64,000 bases of DNA from contig JBAVAG010000023.1 in the NCBI GenBank assembly GCA_049585595.1, positions 2,135-66,134 on the forward strand, given 5' to 3'. A model generated the notes under the pieces. The model saw only the letters and a list, made by a program, of their open reading frames with translations, made no database searches and was not told where the DNA came from. This DNA is from Desulfobaccales bacterium. GTDB lineage: Bacteria; Desulfobacterota; Desulfobaccia; Desulfobaccales; 0-14-0-80-60-11. Positions 38,131 to 46,870 of the stretch are shown piece by piece. The position numbers were made by a program, and so were the translations under genes. Numbering within the stretch: the stretch's first letter is position 1; every line of letters begins with the position of its first letter.

Positions 38131-38284
38131 CAGTGAGCAGTGAGCAGTGAGCAGTGAGCAGAAAAATCTAAAACCAATTAGACATTGAGATCATTTTGAT
38201 TACTTATCACATTCCCTTAAGCAATGAATAGTAACGATTGAGCTGAAAACCATACTGCTCACTGCTTACTGCTTACTGCTCACT
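38131..38284. repeat. Heptamer-bounded element E2 (upstream flank of trpG)
   Basis: (CAGTGAG)x4 at 38131-38158, a core, then CTGCTCA CTGCTTA CTGCTTA CTGCTCACT at 38255-38284 (the inverted complement). Same orientation and core as E1. Confidence 0.75.
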
Positions 38285-38289
38285 CCCCG

Positions 38290-39771
<1,482 letters not shown>

Positions 39772-39896
39772 GTCTGCTCCGTCTATTGATCTAAAATTTA
39801 ATCCAGATAACCGCCTTTAACCACAATTAAAATAATTATTTTTGTGTTTTGCCTGACGGTGCTCAATGAACGTTGCCAGCGGCGGTTGGCCGCGGT

Positions 39897-39928
39897 AAAA
39901 AAAAACCGCGTCCCTAATGGGCCACGGC
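39897..39928 (-). terminator. Second hairpin + U9 tract in the trpE leader (possible second terminator)
   Basis: Minus-strand RNA GCCGUGGCCCauuaGGGACGCGG followed by UUUUUUUUU. The alternative hairpin CGCGGU-U(n)-ACCGCG uses the same 3' arm. Confidence 0.4.
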
Positions 39929-39940
39929 TTTTATAAAGCG

Positions 39941-39974
39941 CCAAAAAACGGGGCCCCTCTCGCGAGGGGCCCCC
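39941..39974 (-). terminator. trp attenuator (intrinsic terminator)
   Basis: Minus-strand RNA GGGGCCCCUC-GCGA-GAGGGGCCCC followed by GUUUUUUGG. A perfect 10-bp GC stem about 30 nt after the leader-peptide stop. Confidence 0.8.
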
Positions 39975-40003
39975 AAATATCTCTCACTGGCTGGAGACGC
40001 ACC

Positions 40004-40060
40004 TCACGAAACCGCCATCACCCGCCACCAGCACCAGTTTTTTGAATCGAAATTTTTCAT
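40004..40060 (-). CDS. trpL: trp operon leader peptide (18 aa, MKNFDSKNWCWWRVMAVS)
   Basis: ATG at 40060 and TGA at 40006-40004. Three Trp codons within four positions (W9-C10-W11-W12). Sits between the promoter and the attenuator, upstream of trpE. Below the 60-aa cutoff of the ORF track. Confidence 0.8.
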   Translation of the reverse strand: MKNFDSKNWCWWRVMAVS

Positions 40061-40078
40061 CTTCTTTTCTCTGAAAAG

Positions 40079-40107
40079 TGTATATTCAAATCACTGATTG
40101 TTGTCAA
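40079..40107 (-). promoter_or_regulatory. Sigma70-type promoter of the trp operon
   Basis: Minus strand: TTGACA (40107-40102), 17 nt spacer, TATACA (40084-40079). The leader ATG lies 19 nt downstream of the -10. Confidence 0.6.
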
Positions 40108-40158
40108 TAGGTTTCCTGAAACGGAATCGAATTACCTTCAATAATCGGGAGAATCAGA

Positions 40159-40386
40159 TTGAAATTTCTCATTACCATATCCCAGGATGAAGACGGCATG
40201 TATATCGCCGAATGCCCTGCCATCCCGGGCTGCGTCAGCCAGGGACGGACAGAAGTTGAGGCGGAAAGAAACATTAATGAGGCGATCAAGGAATGCCTGG
40301 CCGTGCGCGCTGAAAAAGGATTACCGTTGACGGTCCCTACCCGCCAGATCGAGGTTGAGGTGGAATGGGGTCAATCCCCTTACTGA
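40159..40386 (+). CDS. hicB: HicB-family antitoxin (UPF0150 / RNase H-like fold)
   Basis: 75 aa. MKFLITISQDEDGMYIAECPAIPGCVSQGRTEVEAERNINEAIKECL is the typical HicB N-domain. TTG start with GGGAGA SD. Confidence 0.75.
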   Translation: MKFLITISQDEDGMYIAECPAIPGCVSQGRTEVEAERNINEAIKECLAVRAEKGLPLTVPTRQIEVEVEWGQSPY

Positions 40387-40590
40387 GGCCCAGGGAAGTT
40401 GTCAAAGTCTTTGAACGACTCGGCTGGGAAATAGCCCGCCTGCGCGGCAGCCACATCATCCTGATCAAGCCCGGCCATCTCGCCACCCCTTTCCATCCCC
40501 GATCATCAATTTGTCGCCCGGGGCACCTTGCGCAGCCTCCTGGCCAAGAGCGGAGTATCTTTGGAAGAACTTTTGAATAATTTAGATTGA
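40365..40590 (+). pseudogene. hicA: HicA-family mRNA-interferase toxin, disrupted by a +1 frame change in a C-run
   Basis: Frame 0 gives ...REVVKVFERLGWEIARLRGSHIILIKPGHLAT, then nonsense. Frame +1 from about 40489 gives LSIPDHQFVARGTLRSLLAKSGVSLEELLNNLD* (canonical HicA C-terminus, stop at 40588-40590). The junction is at CCACCCC (40484-40490). Confidence 0.65.
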
Positions 40591-40624
40591 ACCAGTTCGA
40601 CTCCGGCCAGCGTTCCCCGCATTG

Positions 40625-41527
40625 TTAACCTTTCTTTAGACAAGATAATAAAGGGTCATGCAAAATCCCATTGCTTGCCAAAATATTAGGCGAGTAGAGG
40701 TCGTAAGGCCCGCCGCTGAAGTTGCTGAGGCGGCCGCCGGCTTCACTGATGAGCAGCAGGCCGGCCGCGGTGTCCCAGGGTTTGAGGTTTTCTTCATAGA
40801 AGGCGTCTAATCGGCCGCAGGCCAGATAACTCATGTCCAGGGCGGCGGCGCCGGCCCGCCGCAACCCCTGGACCGTCCCCAGGATGCGCGAGAGCCGGGC
40901 TATGGTCTCCGGCAGCCTCTCCCGGATGTCGTAGGGAAAGCCCGTGGCCACCAACGCCCGGTCCAGGCGGTCAATCCCGGATACCTGGATGGCCTGGCCG
41001 TTCAGCAGGGCGCCCTGGCCACGTCTCCCCTCAAAGAGCTCATCCCGCATGGGGTCGTAGACCACCCCATATTCCAGTCGTCCCTCGACCTCCAGGGCGA
41101 TGGACACGCAGAAGGCCGGAAAGCCGTGGGCGAAGTTGACCGTGCCGTCCAGGGGGTCGATGATCCAGCGGCAGGGCCGCGGCTCCGAGTCCGGGTGCAG
41201 GGTCGCCTGGGGCCCAAGTCCATCGGCCCCTCCTGCGGCTGCCGTTTCCTCCGCCAGGAAGCCATGATCCGGAAAATTCCGGCGGATCAGGGCCACGATC
41301 AGTTCCTGGGATTGCAGATCGCTTTCGGTGACCGGGTCGATGGCCCCCTTGTAGGTTATCCGGTGGGGTTTGGAGAAGTTCAGCCGCAATAGAGCGCCGG
41401 CCGCCAGGGCCGCCTGCCGCCCGGTCTGGACCAGCCCCTCCCACATATCTTTATTCAATTCCACCCGAACACCCTTTTCTGCGAGGCCAGAAAGCCTGCC
41501 CATCGCCGTATTAATTTCCGTTCTCAA
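40625..41527 (-). CDS. suhB: Inositol monophosphatase family protein
   Basis: 300 aa. ...HGFLAEE..., ...WIIDPLDGTVNFAHGFP..., ...AAALDMSYLACGRLDAFYE... Confidence 0.8.
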   Translation of the reverse strand: MRTEINTAMGRLSGLAEKGVRVELNKDMWEGLVQTGRQAALAAGALLRLNFSKPHRITYKGAIDPVTESDLQSQELIVALIRRNFPDHGFLAEETAAAGGADGLGPQATLHPDSEPRPCRWIIDPLDGTVNFAHGFPAFCVSIALEVEGRLEYGVVYDPMRDELFEGRRGQGALLNGQAIQVSGIDRLDRALVATGFPYDIRERLPETIARLSRILGTVQGLRRAGAAALDMSYLACGRLDAFYEENLKPWDTAAGLLLISEAGGRLSNFSGGPYDLYSPNILASNGILHDPLLSCLKKG

Positions 41528-41534
41528 GAGAAAT

Positions 41535-41554
41535 GGTGGGCAGTGCCCACCTAC
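41535..41554. repeat. Solo copy of the RAYT-associated REP
   Basis: GGTGGGCAGTGCCCACCTAC. Same hairpin as the RAYT flanks at 11494 and 12112, with one C fewer. Confidence 0.7.
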
Positions 41555-41613
41555 ACTTTAATAAGCCGTAACCGGGTTTTGCATTTGCTGATAGCTGATA
41601 GCTGAACGCTTTT

Positions 41614-42057
41614 TCAATCGATCTTAAGCAACTGAAACCCGGCCTTCGGGTCCTTTTTCCGGGAGGCGGCGGCTCCCAGGATCTCCAGGAGCACCACCTC
41701 CCCCACCAGCCATACCGCTACCCCGGCCCGGGTACAGCCCACCGTGCCCTGCCCCTCACGTCCCGCGGCGGCGTGCATATGCAGCACCGGCTCCCCCGCC
41801 TCATTGGGGATCAGGGTTCCCAGGGCCAAAACCTCCTGGGCGCCACTTAGGGTATGGATCATGGGAACGATGTCTTCCCGGTTGGCAACTGGTCCCACCA
41901 CCAACCGGCTGCCATCCCCGGCCCCTCCCAGGTAAAATGCCAGTCCATGGTCGATCTTGTGCTCCCGGGCAAATTTCTCGATGCTGTCATTAAGCTGCTC
42001 GCCCTCTTCCAACCGCAAAACGAAGATGCGTCCCAGCCGCCCTTCACTGAATTGCAT
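41614..42057 (-). CDS. PPC-domain (DUF296) protein
   Basis: 147 aa. GRIFVLRLEEGEQLNDSIEKFAREHKIDHGLAFYLGGA...HMHAA..., typical of the DUF296/PCC fold. Confidence 0.6.
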   Translation of the reverse strand: MQFSEGRLGRIFVLRLEEGEQLNDSIEKFAREHKIDHGLAFYLGGAGDGSRLVVGPVANREDIVPMIHTLSGAQEVLALGTLIPNEAGEPVLHMHAAAGREGQGTVGCTRAGVAVWLVGEVVLLEILGAAASRKKDPKAGFQLLKID

Positions 42058-42179
42058 ATTAACTCCTTATTCGTGATGTTCCCTGGCACCCTCAGACCGG
42101 CCCGCAGATCGGCCCCTGGCCGGCGCCCTCTTACCCGCGCTGCCCAGATATAAGAACACCCGGCTTGGCCCCAAATTCT

Positions 42180-42908
42180 TCAAGCTCGCTTCTTGACCGG
42201 TTTCCTGATTTTAGCCTTCCGGCTCGATTTCCGGGCCGGTTTCCCCACCGAAGCCTGCACCGGGGTAAAATAGTTGACCGTGACCAGGCCGATGAAAAAG
42301 CCCCCCAGGTGGGCCAACCAGGCCACCGGCCCCCCTTGCCGCAGGCCGTAAAATTGCAAAACCAGCCACAGCCCCAACAAGGCATAGGCCGGGATGGGCA
42401 CCATCTCCGGCCGCAGTCGGAATAGTATCAGCGTGTGGATGGGGGATTGAGGCAATCGCCTCAGATAGCCGCCCAACACCCCGGCGATGGCGCCGCTGGC
42501 CCCGATCAAGGGGGCGCGCAGTTGCGACCACCCCAGCACGTGGAAGATCCCGGCAAAGAACCCGCAAAACAGATAAAAGGCCAGAAAGCGCCCGTGGCCC
42601 AGGTCATCCTCCAGGGCCTCCCCGAAGATCCAGAGGAACCACATATTACCTATGAGGTGGACCCAGCCCCCGTGGAGGAAAAGGGAACTGAACATGGTGG
42701 GCAGGGCGCTCAGGCCCTGGTGCGAAAATAGCAAATGGGGCTGGCTCAGGTGGGACGCCACCGCCCCTTTGTGCTGAACGAGGGCCGCGGCGCCCTGCGG
42801 TCCCAGGCGCAATTCATAGAGAAAAACCGCCACGTTGACGGCGATCAGACCCAGGGTGACCCATGGCTGGCGCCGCAGTGACGGCGCGCCGCGGATGGGG
42901 AATAACAT
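42180..42908 (-). CDS. Rhomboid-family intramembrane serine protease
   Basis: 242 aa, multi-TM. HGGWVHLIGNMWFLWIFG and catalytic GASGAIAGVLG; a His lies in a later TM (AWLAHLGGF). Confidence 0.8.
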   Translation of the reverse strand: MLFPIRGAPSLRRQPWVTLGLIAVNVAVFLYELRLGPQGAAALVQHKGAVASHLSQPHLLFSHQGLSALPTMFSSLFLHGGWVHLIGNMWFLWIFGEALEDDLGHGRFLAFYLFCGFFAGIFHVLGWSQLRAPLIGASGAIAGVLGGYLRRLPQSPIHTLILFRLRPEMVPIPAYALLGLWLVLQFYGLRQGGPVAWLAHLGGFFIGLVTVNYFTPVQASVGKPARKSSRKAKIRKPVKKRA

Positions 42909-43113
42909 AAAGGCTCCGGGGCTCTATTTTTTTGGGCAGAGGGGCGGGGGAGTCAAAAGGCCTCCCGCCCTTGCCAAAAACCGAAAATGCAAATATCGGT
43001 AGTGTCCAGCAAGGTTTTGGCTAGGAGCCGGGCAAAATCTCTATGCCCGAACTTAAAGCACGCCCCATTCTACTCCAGCGAGAAGGGCCTGTCCAGGGGC
43101 CGCGGCCGCGTAG

Positions 43114-43142
43114 TTGACAAGGGCCGGGGTTTCTAATAAACA
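43114..43142 (+). promoter_or_regulatory. Candidate promoter of miaB
   Basis: TTGACA (43114-43119), 17 nt spacer, TAAACA (43137-43142). The ATG is at 43150, only 7 nt after the -10. Confidence 0.35.
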
Positions 43143-43149
43143 TTAAGGT

Positions 43150-44541
43150 ATGTCGGTCTCGAAAAAGAAGCTATACATCCGCACCTTCGGCTGTCAGATG
43201 AACCACGCCGACTCCCAGCAGATGGCCCGGTATCTGGCGCCGGAATACGAGGTCACCTGCCGGGCCGAAGAAGCGGATCTCTATCTTATCAATACCTGCG
43301 CCATTCGGCGCAAATCCGAGGAAAAGCTTTATAGCCTGCTGGGGAGTTTAAAATTCCTGAAAGCCAGGAACCCCCGGCTCATCTTAGGGGTGGGAGGCTG
43401 CGTGGCCCAACAGGAAGGGGAACGCCTGCTGGCCGGGGCGCCGCACCTGAACCTGGTCTTCGGCACCCAGGCGAGCCGGCGTCTGCCGGAGCTGGTGCGC
43501 CGGGCCACCCTGGGCCAGCGTCCCGCGGCGCTGGAGCTGGAGCAGTGCCTTCCTGAGCCGCCTGCCCGGATCTGGTCCCGGGGGCCGGCCCAGACCTTCG
43601 TCACCATCATGCAGGGTTGCGATAACTTCTGCACCTATTGCGTGGTTCCCTATGTCCGGGGCCGGGAGGCCAGCCGGAACCCCGAGGCCATCGTGGCGGA
43701 AGTCTCCGGATTCTTAGCCGCCGGCGGCCTGGAAGTCACCCTTTTGGGGCAAAACGTCAACTCTTACGGCCGCGGCCTCGACACTCCCATCACCTTTACC
43801 GGGTTGCTGCGCCGCCTCGCCCAACTTCCGGGGCTGGCCCGGCTGCGCTTTGCCACCTCCCACCCCCGGGACCTGTCCGATGAATTGCTGGCCGCCCTGG
43901 CCTCCCTCCCACCGCTCTGCGAGCATCTGCACCTGCCGGTGCAGTCCGGGTCCAACCGCATCCTTCAGGCTATGAACCGCGGTTATACCAGGGAGGATTA
44001 CCTGGCAAAAGTGTCCCGCTTGCGTCGCGCCTGCCCCGGCATTGCCGTCTCCACCGATCTGATCGTGGGCTTCCCCGGGGAGACCGAGGCCGACTTTGCC
44101 CAGACTCTGGACCTGATGCGGCAGGCGGCCTTTGAACAGGCCTTCTCCTTTAAGTTCTCCCCCCGGCCCCAAACCCGGGCCGCGGACCTTCCGGACCAGG
44201 TGCCGGAAGAGACCAAGGCGGAGCGCCTGGCCCGCTTGCAGGCCCTGCAGGATGAACTCACCCTGGCGGCCAACGCCCGCCTGCTGGGGCTCCTTCAGGA
44301 GGTCCTGGTGGAGGGCGCCAGCAAACGGAGCCCGGAGCAGCAGCTCTGCGGCCGCCTCAGGACCAATCAGGTGGTAAATTTTAGCGGACCCCGGCGCCTT
44401 ACGGGGCAACTGACCCGGGTTGCCATCACCGCAGCCCACCCCCATTCCTTGACAGGCTCTTGGACCCAGGGCCGTTCTGGGGAGCAGAGGCGGATGCCTG
44501 AGGCATACCCATCGCAGGAGGCAACATGTTTAGGGAAATGA
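43150..44541 (+). CDS. miaB: tRNA-i6A37 methylthiotransferase
   Basis: 463 aa. UPF0004 N-domain (YIRTFGCQMNHADS), radical SAM CDNFCTYC, C-terminal TRAM domain. Confidence 0.9.
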   Translation: MSVSKKKLYIRTFGCQMNHADSQQMARYLAPEYEVTCRAEEADLYLINTCAIRRKSEEKLYSLLGSLKFLKARNPRLILGVGGCVAQQEGERLLAGAPHLNLVFGTQASRRLPELVRRATLGQRPAALELEQCLPEPPARIWSRGPAQTFVTIMQGCDNFCTYCVVPYVRGREASRNPEAIVAEVSGFLAAGGLEVTLLGQNVNSYGRGLDTPITFTGLLRRLAQLPGLARLRFATSHPRDLSDELLAALASLPPLCEHLHLPVQSGSNRILQAMNRGYTREDYLAKVSRLRRACPGIAVSTDLIVGFPGETEADFAQTLDLMRQAAFEQAFSFKFSPRPQTRAADLPDQVPEETKAERLARLQALQDELTLAANARLLGLLQEVLVEGASKRSPEQQLCGRLRTNQVVNFSGPRRLTGQLTRVAITAAHPHSLTGSWTQGRSGEQRRMPEAYPSQEATCLGK

Positions 44542-45023
44542 CCGTTTCCGGATTGACCATTGACCCCTTCACCAATAGCCCCATCATGATCCTCAAGGAT
44601 GTGGCGTCGGACAAGGCGGTCCCCATCTGGATCGGACTACTGGAGGCCACGGCCATCGCCAGCGAGCTGGAGAACATTAAATTCTCCCGCCCCATGACCC
44701 ATGACCTGCTGAAAAACATCATGGAACTCATGGAGACCCAGGTGAGCAAGGTGGAGGTCTGTGACCTTCGGGACAATACCTATTTTGCCCTCATCTACCT
44801 TTCCCGGGGGGGGAGCGTTGTGACCATAGACGCCCGCCCCAGCGACGCCATCGCCATAGCGCTGCGCACCAAGGCCCCCATCTTCGTGGCGGAGGTGGTG
44901 ATTCAAAAGGCCCGCCGGGTCGACCTTTCGGCCAAAGAGGCCATTACCAGCGACGACGCTAAAAAATGGACTGAGATCCTGGAGAGCCTCGATCCCGAAG
45001 ATTTCGGCAAGTACAAGATGTAG
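44526..45023 (+). CDS. Bifunctional nuclease (BFN / DUF151) family protein
   Basis: 165 aa. VSGLTIDPFTNSPIMILKDVASDKAVPIWIGLLEATAIA...RPMTHDLL...RPSDAIAIALR. Confidence 0.75.
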   Translation: MFREMTVSGLTIDPFTNSPIMILKDVASDKAVPIWIGLLEATAIASELENIKFSRPMTHDLLKNIMELMETQVSKVEVCDLRDNTYFALIYLSRGGSVVTIDARPSDAIAIALRTKAPIFVAEVVIQKARRVDLSAKEAITSDDAKKWTEILESLDPEDFGKYKM

Positions 45024-45066
45024 GGGCGACAGTGGCACAGGCTTCCAGCCTGTGATCGGGTCTCCC
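45020..45066. repeat. REP variant (GTAGGGGCGAC-GTGGCACAGGCTTCCAGCCTGTGA-GGGTC)
   Basis: Near-identical copy at 55460-55509. The hairpin CACAGGC-TTCCA-GCCTGTG also occurs at 35781-35800. Confidence 0.65.
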
Positions 45067-45110
45067 GGCCCTGACATTTACCGATAACTGAAAACCGAAA
45101 ACCGTTCTCC

Positions 45111-45764
45111 ATGATTGACCTGCACACCCACACCCTGAACAGCGACGGCGAACTTTTGCCCGCGGAATTATGGCGCCGGGCCCAGGTCAGGGGCTACCGC
45201 TACCTGGGAATCACCGACCACGTGGACGCCTCCAACTTCGAGGCGGTTTTCGCCGTGCTCCGGGCTGCGGCCCGGAGCCTCAACCGGGGGGAGGCGCCCA
45301 TCCTCATTCCCGGCCTGGAATTCACCCACCTGCCCCCTGCCCTCATCGGCCCCCTGACCGCCCAGGCTCGCGCCCTGGGGGTCCCGCTCATCGTGGTGCA
45401 CGGCGAGACCCTGGCAGAGCCGGTGGCCCCGGGGACCAACCGGGCCGCCCTGGAGGCCGACATCGACATTTTGGCCCACCCAGGCCTCATCACCCCGGAG
45501 GAGGCGGCCCTGGCCCGGGAACGCTCCGTTTTCCTGGAGATCTCAGCCCGCAAAGGCCACTGCCTGGCCAACGGCCACGTGGCCCGCATTGCCCTGGAGG
45601 TCGGCGCTTCCCTGATCCTCAATACCGACGCCCACGCCCCCGGAGATCTCATCAGCCGCCAGCAGGCGGAACGGCTGGCCCGGGGCGCCGGCCTTACCGA
45701 GACCGCGGTCCGCAACCTCTTCGCCGACGCCCAGGACCTGGCTCAACGCCTGGCGGCGGAGTAG
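45111..45764 (+). CDS. PHP-domain metal-dependent phosphoesterase
   Basis: 217 aa. MIDLHTHTLNSDGELLPAEL... with further His/Asp ligand motifs (ITDHVD; VVHGE; NTDAHAPGD). Confidence 0.7.
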   Translation: MIDLHTHTLNSDGELLPAELWRRAQVRGYRYLGITDHVDASNFEAVFAVLRAAARSLNRGEAPILIPGLEFTHLPPALIGPLTAQARALGVPLIVVHGETLAEPVAPGTNRAALEADIDILAHPGLITPEEAALARERSVFLEISARKGHCLANGHVARIALEVGASLILNTDAHAPGDLISRQQAERLARGAGLTETAVRNLFADAQDLAQRLAAE

Positions 45765-45788
45765 TTAATCGCCAAATCCCCGATAATC

Positions 45789-45857
45789 GGCGGCCACAGG
45801 TCGCCCTAGAAGATCCCCCCTTCGCATTTGCCCATCATAGGGCGGGCTGTGCCCGCC
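45789..45857. repeat. Composite REP, second copy
   Basis: ggcggccacaggtcgccctagaagatc...catagggcgggctgtgcccgcc. Matches 29735-29798. Confidence 0.65.
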
Positions 45858-45948
45858 TCCCTAACCGCGTTCCCTAAAAACTTCATATAAACCCTTGATA
45901 TGGCAATAGGCGGCGTAATTAGATAAAATCTTTCCAGGAGAACATCCG

Positions 45949-46689
45949 GTGACGCCTCTTGCCCTGGCCAATCTCAAGCGCTTCAGTTTAAACGTGCTGG
46001 GATTCTTTCTGCCCCGCTTTTGCCTCTTCTGCGGGGCCGCGGTGGGGGAGGCCGCGGCGCAGGCGGTCTGCCCGGAGTGCGAGGCGCAGATCGAATGGGT
46101 GCAGAGCCCTTTGTGTATCTGCTGCGGCCGGGTCTTTGCGGCCCGGGAGGGCGATGACCGCCTCTGTGGAGAATGCGCCACAGAGACGCCCCCCTATGAC
46201 CGGGCCCGGGCCGCCGCTCTCTATGAGGGTCCGGTGGCGGAGGCCATCAAGCGCTTCAAGTTCTCCGCCCGGATGTCCTATCTGCCGGTTCTGCAAAGCT
46301 GGCTGCACCGCCCCCAATGCCTGGCGATGGCGGCCGCCGCCGACCTCCTGGTGCCGGTGCCGCTGCACCCCCGCCGCCTCAAGGCCCGCGGCTTCAACCA
46401 GTCCTGGCTTTTGGCCCGGGGATTCAAAGGCGCGTCTCTGGGCCGGGAGGTCCTCACCCGGGTGCGTTACACCGTGCCCCAGGTGGGGCTCAAGCCCAAA
46501 GAACGCCGGGCCAACGTCCGGGCCGCCTTCAGCGTCCCTCACCCCGAAAAGGTCCAGGGAAAGAACGTTCTCCTCATTGACGATCTTTACACCACCGGTT
46601 CCACGGTTAAGGAATGCGCCCTGGCGCTGCGCCGGGCCGGGGCCGCCAGGGTGGAGGTCCTCACGGTGGCCCGGGTAAAGCAGGAATAA
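45949..46689 (+). CDS. comF: ComF-family protein (phosphoribosyltransferase domain with N-terminal Zn-ribbon)
   Basis: 246 aa. CLFCG...CPEC...CICCG...CGEC cysteine pairs. PRTase motif VLLIDDLYTTGSTV. GTG start. Confidence 0.75.
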   Translation: MTPLALANLKRFSLNVLGFFLPRFCLFCGAAVGEAAAQAVCPECEAQIEWVQSPLCICCGRVFAAREGDDRLCGECATETPPYDRARAAALYEGPVAEAIKRFKFSARMSYLPVLQSWLHRPQCLAMAAAADLLVPVPLHPRRLKARGFNQSWLLARGFKGASLGREVLTRVRYTVPQVGLKPKERRANVRAAFSVPHPEKVQGKNVLLIDDLYTTGSTVKECALALRRAGAARVEVLTVARVKQE

Positions 46690-46720
46690 GGTCCAGGGGT
46701 GGCGCCCGGCCCACATTTTT

Positions 46721-46791
46721 GTCATGCTGAGCGCAGCGAAGCATCTCCTATTCGGAGATTCTTCGGTCGCCTGCGGCTCCCTCAGAATGAC
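46721..46791. repeat. Palindromic dispersed element, second copy
   Basis: gtcatgctgagcgcagcgaagcatctc...gagattcttcggtcgcctgcggctccctcagaatgac. Same family as 2347-2416. Confidence 0.6.
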
Positions 46792-46870
46792 GAGAGAGAT
46801 GACTGCGCACCGGGGCCTGGTGCTTGAATGAACAACATTATCGCGGTGGTCTTTTTATTCGGAGGACTTT

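Noticed and set aside
39772-40003. T-box or TRAP-type (GAG/UAG repeat) regulation of trpE
   Set aside because: No specifier-loop/T-box sequence and no 11x (G/U)AG triplet series is visible. The leader peptide plus terminator explains the region.
45170-45877. 235-aa plus-strand ORF in an alternative frame of the PHP gene (also 45200-45715 minus)
   Set aside because: The Pro/Gly/Arg-rich product is a frame artefact. The PHP frame has the HTHT...D metal-ligand motif.
45988-46725. 245-aa minus-strand ORF and 46136-46678 plus-strand ORF
   Set aside because: They are antisense or alternative frames of comF.
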